Of a stretch of 64,000 nucleotides of DNA, positions 23,344 to 35,711 are shown in pieces. The notes beneath the pieces are model-generated. The model did no database searches and was not told the origin of the DNA. It saw only the letters and a program-made list of their open reading frames with translations. Position 1 is the stretch's first letter. Each line of letters begins with the position of its first letter. Both the position numbers and the translations under genes were made by a program. The DNA is taken from assembly GCA_905331295.1 (NCBI GenBank), contig CAJNYD010000012.1, positions 1-64,000 of the forward strand. The letters run 5' to 3'. This DNA comes from Rotaria socialis. Lineage: Eukaryota.

Positions 23344-26016
23344 ATGTTTATATTAGTCATATTCATTTATACGAGTTACATCACGTTAGCTGTTATTGGA
23401 TTAATTGTAGACAAAAACCAGAAAAATATTAGTGATAATGCTAAATGTGGAATATCATCACAAATTAATATAAATTCTAGTCTAGGAAGTTCAAAGGCAA
23501 TTTTTCATGCATGGCCATGGGTAGCGGTAAATTCGATAAATTAATCCCATTACAATACTCTATAATTTTTAAAACTATCCATAGAGCCTTCGGCAAAAAA
23601 TGTCTGGTACTGAAGCAGTACATTTCTGGTATCAGTTTTATCTTTTATCGTGTTGATGAAAATCTATTGTTTTTGTTTTAGCGGCGGTTCAATTATTGCT
23701 CCTCGACTTGTATTAACAGCAGCACATTGTTTTCATAATGTAACTATTCCAACAGATCCAAATTATGCTCGACGTTTTGGTGAAGTTCATCTTGGTCAAC
23801 TTGGTTTAACCGAACGAGGTCAACGAATAGCTGAATGGATTAAAGTAATTATTCCTGAAAAATATCGTCCATTTCGACCACATGACTATTCGTAAGTTCT
23901 GACATGATGTATAATAGTATTTATTAGATGATTGCATCATTTACTCTTTAGCTATGATATTGCATTATTGATTCTCAATAAGGATATTATTGATAGACAA
24001 GATTCTATTATATGTTTACCGTCACATGATACTATTAGTCATGTTGGTGATTATGGAAGTAACTATTTGATAGATGAATAGACTAGACTTGATAGAATAA
24101 TATTTTAGCTATTGTTGGATGGGGAATTAATGATGAAACTGCCAATGAAATATCGAACTATATGATGCAAGTCACAGTGCCTATTCTTGATTCAACAATA
24201 GACGCATGTAATCCGTCGATGTTACCCCCGAAAAATTCTACTATGACAATATGTGCTGGCATTTTATCGGGTGGTATTGATGCTTGTCAAGTATAAAAAA
24301 AATAGTCAGCTTTATAATTTAACTATGAACATAAATTTCTATGCAGGGTAATTCAGGTGGACCGCTTGCACAAAAATTTAAAAATCGTTGGTATAATATT
24401 GGGTTAGTATTTTAGTTTTTAGAAAGATGGATAAAAAATACAATGTGTGGTAGATTTTTAAGAACTCAGAGTTTTAGTTTCAATTTTTGTCTCTCAATAA
24501 TGCAGTCTATAATTGATCATGACGACAATCAATGTTAAATTATGCAATAAGAAAAGTCATAGGTGCATTGTTTGCGTAAGAAAAATACGAGTGTTATTAT
24601 TGTAAAAGAAGTTCAATCAAATATGCCTCGAGTAGAGAATGAAATAAATGAGGAAACATCGGATTCGCATCCGATTGTTGTGTACTGCAAAAACTGAGTC
24701 GATTTATATATGTTGTGAATAGTACTGAGAAAAAAAACCTTTTTTGAAAAATCCCTGTAGCCCCCTCAGGGATGATCTGGTCAACACTGACAATTTTTTC
24801 GATAACTTAGCCACCTCTTGATGAATCTTTCTCATCTTCGAACTCGACCGAAATATTGATGAGATAATGCTGCGTACAAATTTTCATGACAATCTGATCA
24901 ACCTTTCAGGGGTTATCGTGTAAACGGCTGGCCGGACACACTGACAGATTCTATAGTGTACACACTTTTTTTTGAGTACACAAAAAACATGTTCTGTTCC
25001 AATCTTGAGAAAAATTTCAATTTTATTCACCAATGTCCGAATGAATAACACTCGAAACCCTCGACTCTAGTATATCCTGATGTTAATAATAATAGAATAT
25101 TATCAACAACTCAAAATGATTTAAATACACACTTCGACGTCAAATGCCTAGAAACATAGACTAAACACTTCAGTTTGTACTATTATTTTATTATTTAACC
25201 TTTGAGACACATCAAAATCTTATTAATTCAATTTTACTTCGGGGGATAGATATTGCCCGAACTTAGAATAACATTTGTTTAAAATAGAAATAGATTCTTC
25301 TAAATCTATCTCTTGACAAAATAAAATTCAATTCAAGGACTCGATCTTTCAACAAACAAAATAACATTTCATAGGCGACACTTTAGGTTTTCGCAGCGAC
25401 CTTGAATTTATTGAAGTTTTTTCGTTTGTATTAATTCGTTATGGCATATGCTTACATTATCCGTGTAAAAAAACAAGAAATAAACTTTCATCACTATGAT
25501 AAAGATCGATTCATGTAATGCTATGCTATTATATTATTTCTCTTTTGATGTTCTACTTGCCTTGGCACATTTAACATGAAATATAGCGCAAGGATCATAA
25601 TGAATTCATGCAAAATTGTATTTATATATGTATGCATGTGTGTGAAACGATTATTCACGCAACATACATTTCTGTCCTAATAAACAGACATTTTATAAAT
25701 CAATGAAACGAATGTTTGCCTAAATGACTGTCTGAGAAAAAGAAATAAACAGTACTAAACGCATCTCTGACAAACTAACTTAGCACATAATGACCGCGTT
25801 CATTAAAATAAATACAATCATTAGAAGATATATCTTTCGTTTAGTATTGTTTCTCATGGTATCGGATGTGCAAGAAATAATAGTCCTGGCTTTTATACAC
25901 GCATAAGTGCTCATATTAATTGGTTATGCAAACAAGTCGAAAGCGAAGGAGAAGTTTTGCCTGTTTGTTTTGATATTATACCAAATTCTACAACATATAA
26001 AATTCAATCATCTTGA
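23344..26016 (+). CDS. Secreted trypsin-fold (S1) serine protease with atypical activation motifs; multi-exon
   Basis: Signal peptide; AWPWVA; HFC|GGSII; LTAAHC; YDIALL; IVGWG; ICAG..DACQ|GNSGGP; last exon IVSHGIGCA..PGFYTRIS after a 1.4 kb intron. Confidence 0.9.
24725..24987 (+). mobile_element. Putative non-autonomous Helitron/Helentron-like (HINE/DINE-type) element in the protease intron
   Basis: AAATTTTCATGACAATCTGATCAA...GTTATCGTG...ACGGCTGGCCGGACACACTGACAGA core, then a hairpin GTGTACAC-n10-GAGTACAC followed by an A-run. The 5' boundary is undefined. Confidence 0.5.
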
Positions 26017-26457
26017 TTGGTATTCTGATCGTTTTGGGCCTTGTTTAATTTTCAATGAGTACAACAACAAAAAATAATAATAAGCAAATAGTGTATTATG
26101 TTAATTCGCACACGCACACACACACACACATAGACGAAAAAACTAATCCATATACAAAAAAAGAACAGCATGACCCTATGAATTTCAATTGTGTGTGTGT
26201 CTGATTTATTAGCAGAGTAATAGAAATAGATGACAAAAAACAAAGTGAAGCGGCTGAACCTAAAAACATACATAAAAACAGGAAGCCCCGATCTTGTGTT
26301 CAACGGCAAATGGAAAATGATGACGATGACAACAACAGACAATTGTTTTCACAGATATATAAAGAAGTTTTATGAAAAAAAAGAAAACCATCGAGTAATG
26401 CAAATTGTAAATCGTCATTGAGTAAAAAAAGACAAAATATCTAGATACTGTAAACAA

Positions 26458-26459
<2 letters not shown>

Positions 26460-26483
<24 letters not shown>
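26460..26483. repeat. (CA)n microsatellite
   Basis: About 12 CA units downstream of the intermediate filament CDS. Confidence 0.9.
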
Positions 26484-26490
<7 letters not shown>

Positions 26491-26615
26491 TAGGTCTAGA
26501 AAGATCAAACGACAATTGAAAAAAAATTCATTTCTAATTAAATAGTAGGAACCAAGACAAATGGAAAAAAAATGTATTGTTGGTATATTTATCATAGTCA
26601 ATCTCCTATCTAACT

Positions 26616-29173
26616 TTATTGGAATTTCTGGCTGAATAAAGCCTTTTCTTCTCCATTTGAATCATACAGACGTGTAATCATGATTGTGCCGATACCCCAG
26701 GTTTGAATACCGTCAGCTACTAATACATCTCTGTCAGCTGCAGTTTTACTTGCTATACGAGCTAATATGCGCACACGTGATCGTGATCTAAGTACAAAGT
26801 TATCCGGAAATCTATAAACAATCTCGTTATTGGCATCAACTTTTCGTCGTAACGTCCAACCCTTCAGTTCTTGGTCTTTGCCTGTTGAACCAGCATTCTC
26901 GACGACAATAAAAGTACCTTGTGGATCTACCTGATCAATGGCAACAGGGCCTAAATAAAATAAATATGTTTTAGTACTAAGTTCTTCCATATAGCCGTCT
27001 TTTTTGTTGTTGTTGTTGTTGTTGTTTTGGTTTCTTATGTCAATAAATAGAAAAATTCTATATTGTACCTGAAGAATCCAAACAACAACATTAGAAGAAT
27101 GAAAGTTACATATGTACACTAATATTATTCTATGTTGATATGAAATTGAAAAAATACAATAAAATCCATATCACAATACCTATCCTACATATGAAAGGAT
27201 TCATCGATTTCTTCTTCTTAATGATATTTACCAAATTTTTATAAGCAATCTACTGAATTTTGATTGATAGATAGGTGATTAATTTTTCTTTGTTTCATAT
27301 CGATATGTAAAAATAAGAATTTTTAATTATCGAATGCGAAAAAAAAAGAAGAGATTTGAAATTATGATACATATTTTAGATTCAAGCATTCTCTGTAATT
27401 ACAACTGTCCATCTGCGACTAATCGTATATAATGAGATAGATCAATGTTGCTGCTAAGAAAAGAAAGAAAAGGGGGGCAATTGGCCGATGGGAGTGATGA
27501 AAAAGAACAAACAAAACATGTCTCATCATCATCATCATCATCATCATCATCGTTGTTATTATTATTACTGAACTAAAGCGTAGACAGCTACGGAAAAAAC
27601 ATAGACAGATGATCAAACAAATAACAGTTGTCGGGCACTGTTTAATATCTTGTAGGACGCAAATACAAGCAATATGTTGCTGATGCTGTTTCTAATTATT
27701 ATTCGAAATACGTTCGGAAGTATCGATAGATAATTCTTATTCTATAAATCAAAAATTAGAGACTAACCTCGTGCTGATTTTTGTACGGTCATTTTTTTGG
27801 TTGTTACTTCAGGAGTAACAGTGACAACGTTAACATTAATACGACCTTCTTCAACTTCGAGTAATCGTCTATAAGTATTAATTTCAAATCTAAGCGAAAC
27901 ATTGTTTTCAAGTACGGCAGCAATGGCTTGTTCACGTTGTTCAGCTTGAGCACGTAATTCAGCTAGTGCTCGTTCACGTTCACCTTGTGCTCGGCTGTGT
28001 TCGCTGGAAATTCGTTCATAATCTTCTTCTAATTGTCGAAGAAGATTCGATAAATCTGAATGATCTTTTTGTAATAAAAGATAAGAATCACGATTTTCCG
28101 ATAATAAACTTTTCAATGATGTTAAATCCATAACATCCACAGCACCTGTACGACGAGCTTCTTCAATTTTACGTTTTTGTTCAGCTGCCTGTTGGCGAAT
28201 TTCTTCGGTTTTAATTTTATAATATTCTAAACAAGAAATAAATTAGATTTAGAAATTTAAAAAAAAAAGGAAGAAAAACCAAAAAAATTTATACCTTCTA
28301 ATTCCTTTCGTTGAGCTATTGAAAGTGCTTCGAAATCACTCTTGATATCAGCAATAGCACGTGTTAATTCAGTTCGATAGAATTGACTAACATCAATAGG
28401 TAAGGTACCAAGTGATAATAATTCATTACGTTCTTCTTCATGAACAGCTCTCATAAAAGCTAATTGTTCTTCTAAAGTTTGCAATTCGTTTTGAATCATA
28501 ACACGTCCCATGGATTCTTGATCGAACTCATTTTTTAAAGCTTCTAATTGTCCCAAAAGTCGACCAACTTCAGTTCTACTACGATCGATCTCTTGCTTTT
28601 TATCTTCATGACGACTTCGTAGCGAATCTAATTCTGAACCACTGCCTTCAAGTTGTTGCTTAAGCATAGTGAAACGATTACGATCCAAAGTAACCAATTC
28701 ATGAGCAAAATCAGTTTGATGTTTTATTAATGACGCATCATATTCCGCACGTTTAGCACGTAGTTCAGCTAACGCCTTTTCACGTGTAACTTCATCGATT
28801 TGTTTTCTTAATGAAACTAATTCTTGATCATATTGAACTTTAACTTTGCCAGAATCGAAACCTAGAAATTTTCATAGACACAGATTAGTTTGTTAGTTTG
28901 TTTTAAAATTTTACCCCATTTTGTTTTAAGCTCATTAAGCGTTCCTTGTAATTTATGATTTTGCGCTTCAAGAATTTTGACCCGCTCAAGATAGGCTCCG
29001 AATTTAGTGTTAAGATGTTGCATTTCATCTTTTTCAGCTTGATGTTGAAGAGTTAAATTACGCAATGCATCTGTACCAGCACGACCACCAACTGCACTAT
29101 CAGCAGCACTTCGATAACCACGTTCGACTACTGTTCGACGAACAACTGTTTGAGGAAGATTTTCCGTAGACAT
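26616..29173 (-). CDS. Cytoplasmic intermediate filament protein with lamin-tail (Ig-like) domain; 4 coding exons
   Basis: EKDEMQHLNTKFGAYLERVKILE (coil 1a), EINTYRRLLEVEE (coil 2 end), GPVAIDQVDPQGTFIVVEN..GWTL..YRFP..L (LTD). No CaaX or NLS, so not a nuclear lamin. Confidence 0.93.
27524..27551. repeat. (CAT)n microsatellite in an intron
   Basis: About 9 CAT units. Confidence 0.85.
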
Positions 29174-32100
29174 AATTTCGACTCTGTTTAAAATTTATAT
29201 TCAATGATCAAAAGAAGAGAATAACTGTAGAAAAGGCTAAAACAATAAAAGAAAATGTCGATAGAAAATAAATGATTGTATATGGTTGTTTAAAACAGGT
29301 CAACTCAAGGTTCTTTAATTATACTTTATCTTATTCATTTTCTATTTTTTGCTTCACTCGACATAAATCTTACTGATACACTTCACTGAACTTGTGATGT
29401 ACACAACCATGTCTGTCTCGTGATCTTTATTCTCAGTATGTAGATTTGATCGACATGATAAACCAGCAAAATTGGGAGTTTTCGTAGACATGTATTCGTC
29501 TGTCCTTTTCGATTGTATATAAAGCTGTATTTAAATCATAAAAAAAAAGAAAAGTAGAGAGAGAGCAAACCACAAATAATCAGCCGACGCCTCTTTCCTT
29601 CCTTCTCTTGTTTGGGTCGTCATCAATCTAACTGTATTCTTCTCTTCAACATTCCTTTCTCGTCACTGCTTATTCTCTCTTTTTTTCGTTGATATGGCGA
29701 TCGCCACAACGAGTGAAGAGCACACACACACACATACACAAAAAGTACGAGGCAGAGAAGATGATGAAATAGGACAACATGGAAGAACAAGAGAAAAAAG
29801 CGGGTTGAAGTTATGCGCACTAGGTATTTGAGATGCTGAGCAATTAGAATTAATTCGTTTCTATCAGTACAAAAATGCAAATAATAAATAGCACGTAAAT
29901 GTTTTATGCTGTTGTTGTTGTTGTTATTCTAGCAATAGCATGTATTTAAAAGGCTCTCATTTTCGTAGCTATGTGGTTTTCATTATTTGCATATTTACTT
30001 ATTTACATATTTGCATACATAACTCGCTTACCGTTATTGTGCCTTCTTGATGAATCAAAAAAAGCTCAAGTGAAGGTGACAACAAAAATACTACTACACA
30101 TTTTTTTTTGTTCTTTAACGTAAAGATAATAAAAAGCGTAAAAAAGAAACAAGAACTTTCCATTGTGAAAGGGAGTTTGTATATATATATACATTTATTT
30201 ACACACCACGTACGATATGGAGACATATAGTAGTTGATAACCCCTCCGTTTCTACGGCGGTGTGGTTGGCAATCATTCATAAACGTCGTCTAAACAACAT
30301 CATATTTACTTTTGAATTTATTTCAAAATTCTCCGAGTTTCTATTGTATTAAATACGTACGGTTCATTTTGCAGTTCGGTGATATAATGGTATCAATAGA
30401 ATTCAATACGATTCACCATATGTATTTAGTATAATAATGCCTTAAGCGCGTCTACTACTAACACTTGAGATTATCTACGAATATGATTCGATTAATGGGA
30501 ATAGTCAATTAGAATGTTTACAAAGACGAGTATATAAAATAGAACTTTATGGATTTATATGTATACTAAGATGGATTGAAAATAAGCCAAATGAAAGAGT
30601 GTGATAAATAAAATCGAAGAGAAAATATGTTATTTACAACTAAGAAGAGCAAAAAAATCTTCGTTCTAAAGACTACAAGCAAATATAGTAGTAAAAGAAA
30701 GATACAATTTTTTTATGATCAAGAAAGAAAAGTTTAGATGTTAATTATAACTGCCAGTGAAATTCTGAAATGAGGAAAACAACCACAAACAGATTCTATA
30801 CTCTTTTTTAGCAAACATTTCGTTGGCTTTGCGAAATCCTATTTTCTATTCGCGAATACGTGTTACTATTTTTATGCAAGGTAACACGAATACATAATCG
30901 TTTGACGAATGTTCTTTTTAGATATTGTCATTTTTTTCTCTTCATATAGTTAAGATTATTCTCATAGAGTAATAAAGAAAAAACGGAGAGATAGCCGTGA
31001 TAGTAAAATGCAAAAGAAAAAGTAAGAAAAGAAAACAAAGATACGTGAGGAACCAATTTTAATGGTTTCGACAAAAAAATTCATCATGTCTAGGAACATA
31101 AAATGACAGCAAGATAACATTAATGGATTTTTCTTTGCGAAAAATCATCGTCCTTCAATATATAGCTAATATCGTATAAAAAAGACTTGAAGAACTGAAG
31201 AAGTCTTTACTACTTTTCATGCACTTTAACATATATTGACATATGCGTCTTGTGTGCCGATCTTAACTAACCAACTGATGGGTGACCCTCAAGACATTGA
31301 TTGTTACTAGTTGTGTCTGCTGCTTTTCTCTCTTTCTCTTCTCTCTCTCTCTTGCTCTCCTTCCCTTTCTCTCTCCCTTATATTGTGCTGCTAAGCAGCT
31401 CAACTACGCAAGGGGTCTTCTCTGTTTCGCTTTCTTCCCACTTGAAAATAAGAGCATACCCACAGGTGAATTCAACGACTGTGTGATGAAGCAATATGTT
31501 TATCTATGTGTTACACCACTTCGCTTGTATTCAGTCGCAAAAGGTTGTTGTTCTAGTTCAGGTAACATATGCAGGCATTTGTTTTTTCTGCCTGATCAAT
31601 CATATACAAAGTTTCTTCCGTTCGATTGAATTCAAGTGCTTGCGGCCAAGTCAAACTCGACTGATGTATGTGAAATCGAGGACACTTACAATGAAACAAT
31701 GCGAGAAAAAAAGCAGAATGGAACAAAAAAAATTCTTTGTGGTAGAAATCATCATCACCATCATAATTTGGAACGTGTCTGATCTGTCTCATTTTCCTTT
31801 TGATAATATAAGTGGCCACCCTTATACTTATTACTGGGAATAAGTTTGCGTGCCCTTTTCATTATGACTTTACGTATATATATATATAAATATACGTGAG
31901 CAATCATCATTCATCAATGTTATTCTATTTCAGTCTTATATTCTATGTGGTAGCGTCATCAATCACCTTTCTTTTTGTCTTATTTCAAGCGGATGTATGA
32001 ATAGAAAAAGCGTACTTAGAAACGTAAGAATTTTAAATGGCCTGAAAAAGATAAAAGCATTTATGCTTTGCATCAATTGATAGAAGAAGAAAAAAAACGA

Positions 32101-33866
32101 GCAAAAAATATGTTGTACAGTTGTAGAGGAACAGATGTTTTGAAAAAGTGAGAAAAATGATTGGCTCAAAAGTTATCAAGCTATTATTCACGAAGTGAAT
32201 AGATGTTTTTGATTGCTTTAATAAGTCAAGAGAGATAGAGAAAAAGGAAGACATTAAACCGAATCTATGCGTCTAGCGATAGAACTAATATTATTTTATG
32301 GCAGGTAAAGCTACCATCATAAACCAATACATATATATTTACATGTATGTTGCGATGATCTCATCTAAACACTTAAAGTAATTTGAGATTTGTTTTAACT
32401 TTTACTGCTCAATTGACCGAAGCTCATGATTAATGTAAGGATGCCGGACAAGAACAGGCATGCATAGATAAATGAAATGTAATAGAAAAAAAGAAACATA
32501 AATCGAATGAGATAGGACGAGTTCGAAAAACAAACATCGTTCACTCATACAACAGTATATCTGATAGAAAGTATGAAATGTCTATTTTTTTATTCTCTTT
32601 CAGAATTTGTACAAAAAAAGAACTAAAACATTTTCGTACTTACATGTCTTTCAAACTTCAAGAAGAAAATGCTAGCCTATTTGAATATAAGCCAGTAGAG
32701 TGTTTCTTCTTGTTGTGTTGTTGCTGCAAAAAATTAAAAGCTACACCGAAGAGATTTATTTCTATTGGCTGATTTTGCTGTTTTTGCTTTCAGCCGTAAC
32801 CGCACAAACCAAAGTAAATATAAAAAAATAATCGATTGATTTCTTTTTCTCGAAGGAAAAACCACGTTTGGCAAGAAAGCTAAAAATTATGAAAACAAAA
32901 GACAATTTCAGATTTTTCACTCTATTTTTCGCTAGTCAGTTCTCTCTTCAGCTGACCAGCTAGATGCAATAGATGCGTTATCTGAAATCTAAGAAGAGTA
33001 CAATTAGACGTATGGTTAAAATACAACAAGGAGTTGGTCGGTCTTATGCAATAAACGATCTCCTTGTAACGAAGAATAGTAATAGTGGTAGTGGCAGCAG
33101 CATTTTCGAGGGCATAAAGAAAAAATTCGCTTGCAACAGCCGCACTTCTTTTATCGCTTATTTTAATATATATATGTTGTAGGCAAAATTGGAATTAATT
33201 ACAATTTTGCCTACAACATATATATATATATGGATGGATGTATATAGGTTGTTATTGTTTCTTTTATTTGTGCAAGTCATTCTTAGATATTATGAACAGA
33301 AAAAAAAGAACAATGAATGACTAATATGCACTATACACTTGCTCGAAAGAAAAACAATATTTGTCTATGTGTAACAATAATAGATGATCGACAATTTGAA
33401 ATGTGAGATAACTAGGATTCAAGTGGACGCATTGATAGCAATACGTCGCTTTTTTGTATGCAAAAAAGAACGAAAACTACGCAACGTCATAAAGCCTTTC
33501 AACGTGCAGATAATAAAATTTATGCTGAAAAATAAATTTGCATTGTACACATAAAATCTTATCAGATTCTTCTTTGACAAGTTATATTACATTTTTACAA
33601 ACAGATGCGAATAATTTTTTGAGTTGCTGGCAAATAGAGAAAAAAAGAATTTGTGAAACATTCAAAACAAATAAAAAAGCTAAAGGTAAATACTAAGAGA
33701 AAACTTAAAGACGTTGTAATACTTTTACTTTGCCCTGTGCAAAACAAATAGTGACAAAATGGTGACCTTGTTAATCATCATATCTTCACATACCTCACAT
33801 AACTTTTTGCTACGCACGCTGAAGCACTCTAATCTTAGAGTGGGCGTCTACTAGAAAAAGAAAAAA

Positions 33867-33867
33867 N

Positions 33868-33936
<69 letters not shown>
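33867..33936. other. Assembly gap/artefact: N followed by 69 C
   Basis: A single n at 33867 followed by a pure poly-C run in an AT-rich background. Confidence 0.85.
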
Positions 33937-33938
<2 letters not shown>

Positions 33939-34301
33939 GTCTTTCTTATTCAATACTTTCCTGCTTTTAAAAAATATTTTAAAAGAAAATTTTCTTCAAG
34001 CTTCTCTAGATAATTAATATATTTTTTTTTAATGCATGGACACACAGTCGAACATTTCATGTGTAAATACAAAAAAACAAACAAAAACAGATAAAAGTGA
34101 TAGTAACATATAATAGATCTAACTGAATGAATACACACAAGATTACACACTAAATTTCAGATTCTTTTGCTGTCTGTGGGTTTTTGTCGCGAACTGAAAA
34201 ATAGAAGCCAACGAAAGTGATTTCTTGAATCACTATATGTTTATATACAAAAATAGAACGAGCACTATAAGGTGTTTACAAGAACAGGATGAAAAAAAGA
34301 T

Positions 34302-35711
34302 TTAAAAAAACAATCCTTGAAAATCATTAAAACGTCGCCGAAGAGAATAGACAGCTCTGTCGCTTCGCGACCATTTACTAAGATCAAATGCTTCACCCCC
34401 GAGACCATGACGCCCTTTATATAAACGTAATTCTTTGAGATAATCGAATGATTCTTTATCACCGTAATCAATATTATTTCGATCGATTTGTGCAGCATGT
34501 TTCAATGCTTTCCACAATTTATTATTTGCTGTTTTCTTATTCCAATCAATGGCCACTTTATCCATAACTAAAACCCAATTGCAATAAATAACCTGAAAGA
34601 AAAAAATAAATAAAATTTGCCTGTAAAGCAAAAAGCTTCCAAAACATACTTGGAGAACATTGGTATACGCACTGCAAACATCAGCAATAGTCAAAAATAA
34701 ATAGCCAACAATAATAGCATGTTCTAAGACTTGTTTAAAATTTGGTAGTTGCTTCAAAATTTTGTTTAATTTTTCAACTAAACCTTCGTCAAATGTTTCA
34801 AATTTTGTAAACATTTCGTTTGGTAAGAAGCCACGAAGAATCGTTACATAGCAAGCACCAATAACACGCATTATTTCATAGAATCGATCACCATCATCAA
34901 TACCGCTTATGCCATCGGCATGATCAAGTAAGATTGTTAATGCTTCAAGACGACGAAATGCAAGGATATGATTAATTTTATTATTTGGCTTAAGTTTGTA
35001 ATTTATTCGATTTGCAACACGTTCTTGTACAACAAATATGGCTTTGGTTAACTCATTAAGACAATTTTCAACAACTTCTAAGTGACCATAACAACTGAAA
35101 TCGGCATAAATGTACATTCCATAGGCATCGGGATACACTCGACGAAGAACTTTACGATATTTAAGGCTCCAAAAACGAGCTGTTTTCGAAACAATTAATG
35201 CTTGCTCTTCAAGACCAGCATTTTCATAGATAACATATTGTTTATTGGCCGGATATTCTTTTCCTTTATCATCAGGAGCAATCGATATAACTGCATTTTT
35301 TCCATCAAAATCATCATCATCATCCGATTCATCAGAACTAAAAACGATATCTTCATCTTCATCATCGTCGTCGTCACTAAGATCAGTATCATCGTTACTA
35401 AGATCGCTGTCATAATCATCAAGATCATTGTCGACATTATCAAGATCGGTGTCTTCATCGCTGCTTTCCTCGATAGTAAAATCAACATTTTTTTCAGGTA
35501 CTGGTTCGACGATTTGTACTTCTGGAGTTGCTTCTTCTGTATGCGTACTTTGATGTGCTGGAGTTTTTGATATATTTTCTTTTTCGGTATGATTCTCTGC
35601 AACTTTCATCTTTTTGACCGGATTTAATTCATCGTTATTAACACGTTTTGATGATTGTGGTTGTTCGTGTTCATTGACTTTGTTTCGTATCGTAAGATAA
35701 CGCTTGGGCAT
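34302..35711 (-). CDS. Uncharacterised protein: acidic disordered N-half plus a conserved-looking C-terminal domain (fungal-like); probable in-frame intron 34649-34593
   Basis: Long ORF. Motifs PDAYGMYIYADFSCYGHLEVVEN, DDGDRF and GGEAFDLSKWSRSDRAVYS. A 57-nt GTATGT...TTTCAG segment is read through in the ORF track. Confidence 0.8.
   Translation of the reverse strand: MPKRYLTIRNKVNEHEQPQSSKRVNNDELNPVKKMKVAENHTEKENISKTPAHQSTHTEEATPEVQIVEPVPEKNVDFTIEESSDEDTDLDNVDNDLDDYDSDLSNDDTDLSDDDDDEDEDIVFSSDESDDDDDFDGKNAVISIAPDDKGKEYPANKQYVIYENAGLEEQALIVSKTARFWSLKYRKVLRRVYPDAYGMYIYADFSCYGHLEVVENCLNELTKAIFVVQERVANRINYKLKPNNKINHILAFRRLEALTILLDHADGISGIDDGDRFYEIMRVIGACYVTILRGFLPNEMFTKFETFDEGLVEKLNKILKQLPNFKQVLEHAIIVGYLFLTIADVCSAYTNVLQVCFGSFLLYRQILFIFFFQVIYCNWVLVMDKVAIDWNKKTANNKLWKALKHAAQIDRNNIDYGDKESFDYLKELRLYKGRHGLGGEAFDLSKWSRSDRAVYSLRRRFNDFQGLFF

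Noticed and set aside
26616..29173. Calling the intermediate filament gene a nuclear lamin
   Set aside because: No C-terminal CaaX and no basic NLS between the rod and the tail domain.
31282..31843. Cluster of 60-115 aa ORFs
   Set aside because: Non-ATG starts, low-complexity CT-rich sequence and no recognisable domains.
35195..35602. Met/Ile-rich alternative-frame and antisense ORFs
   Set aside because: By-products of GAT repeats encoding the Asp-rich tract.
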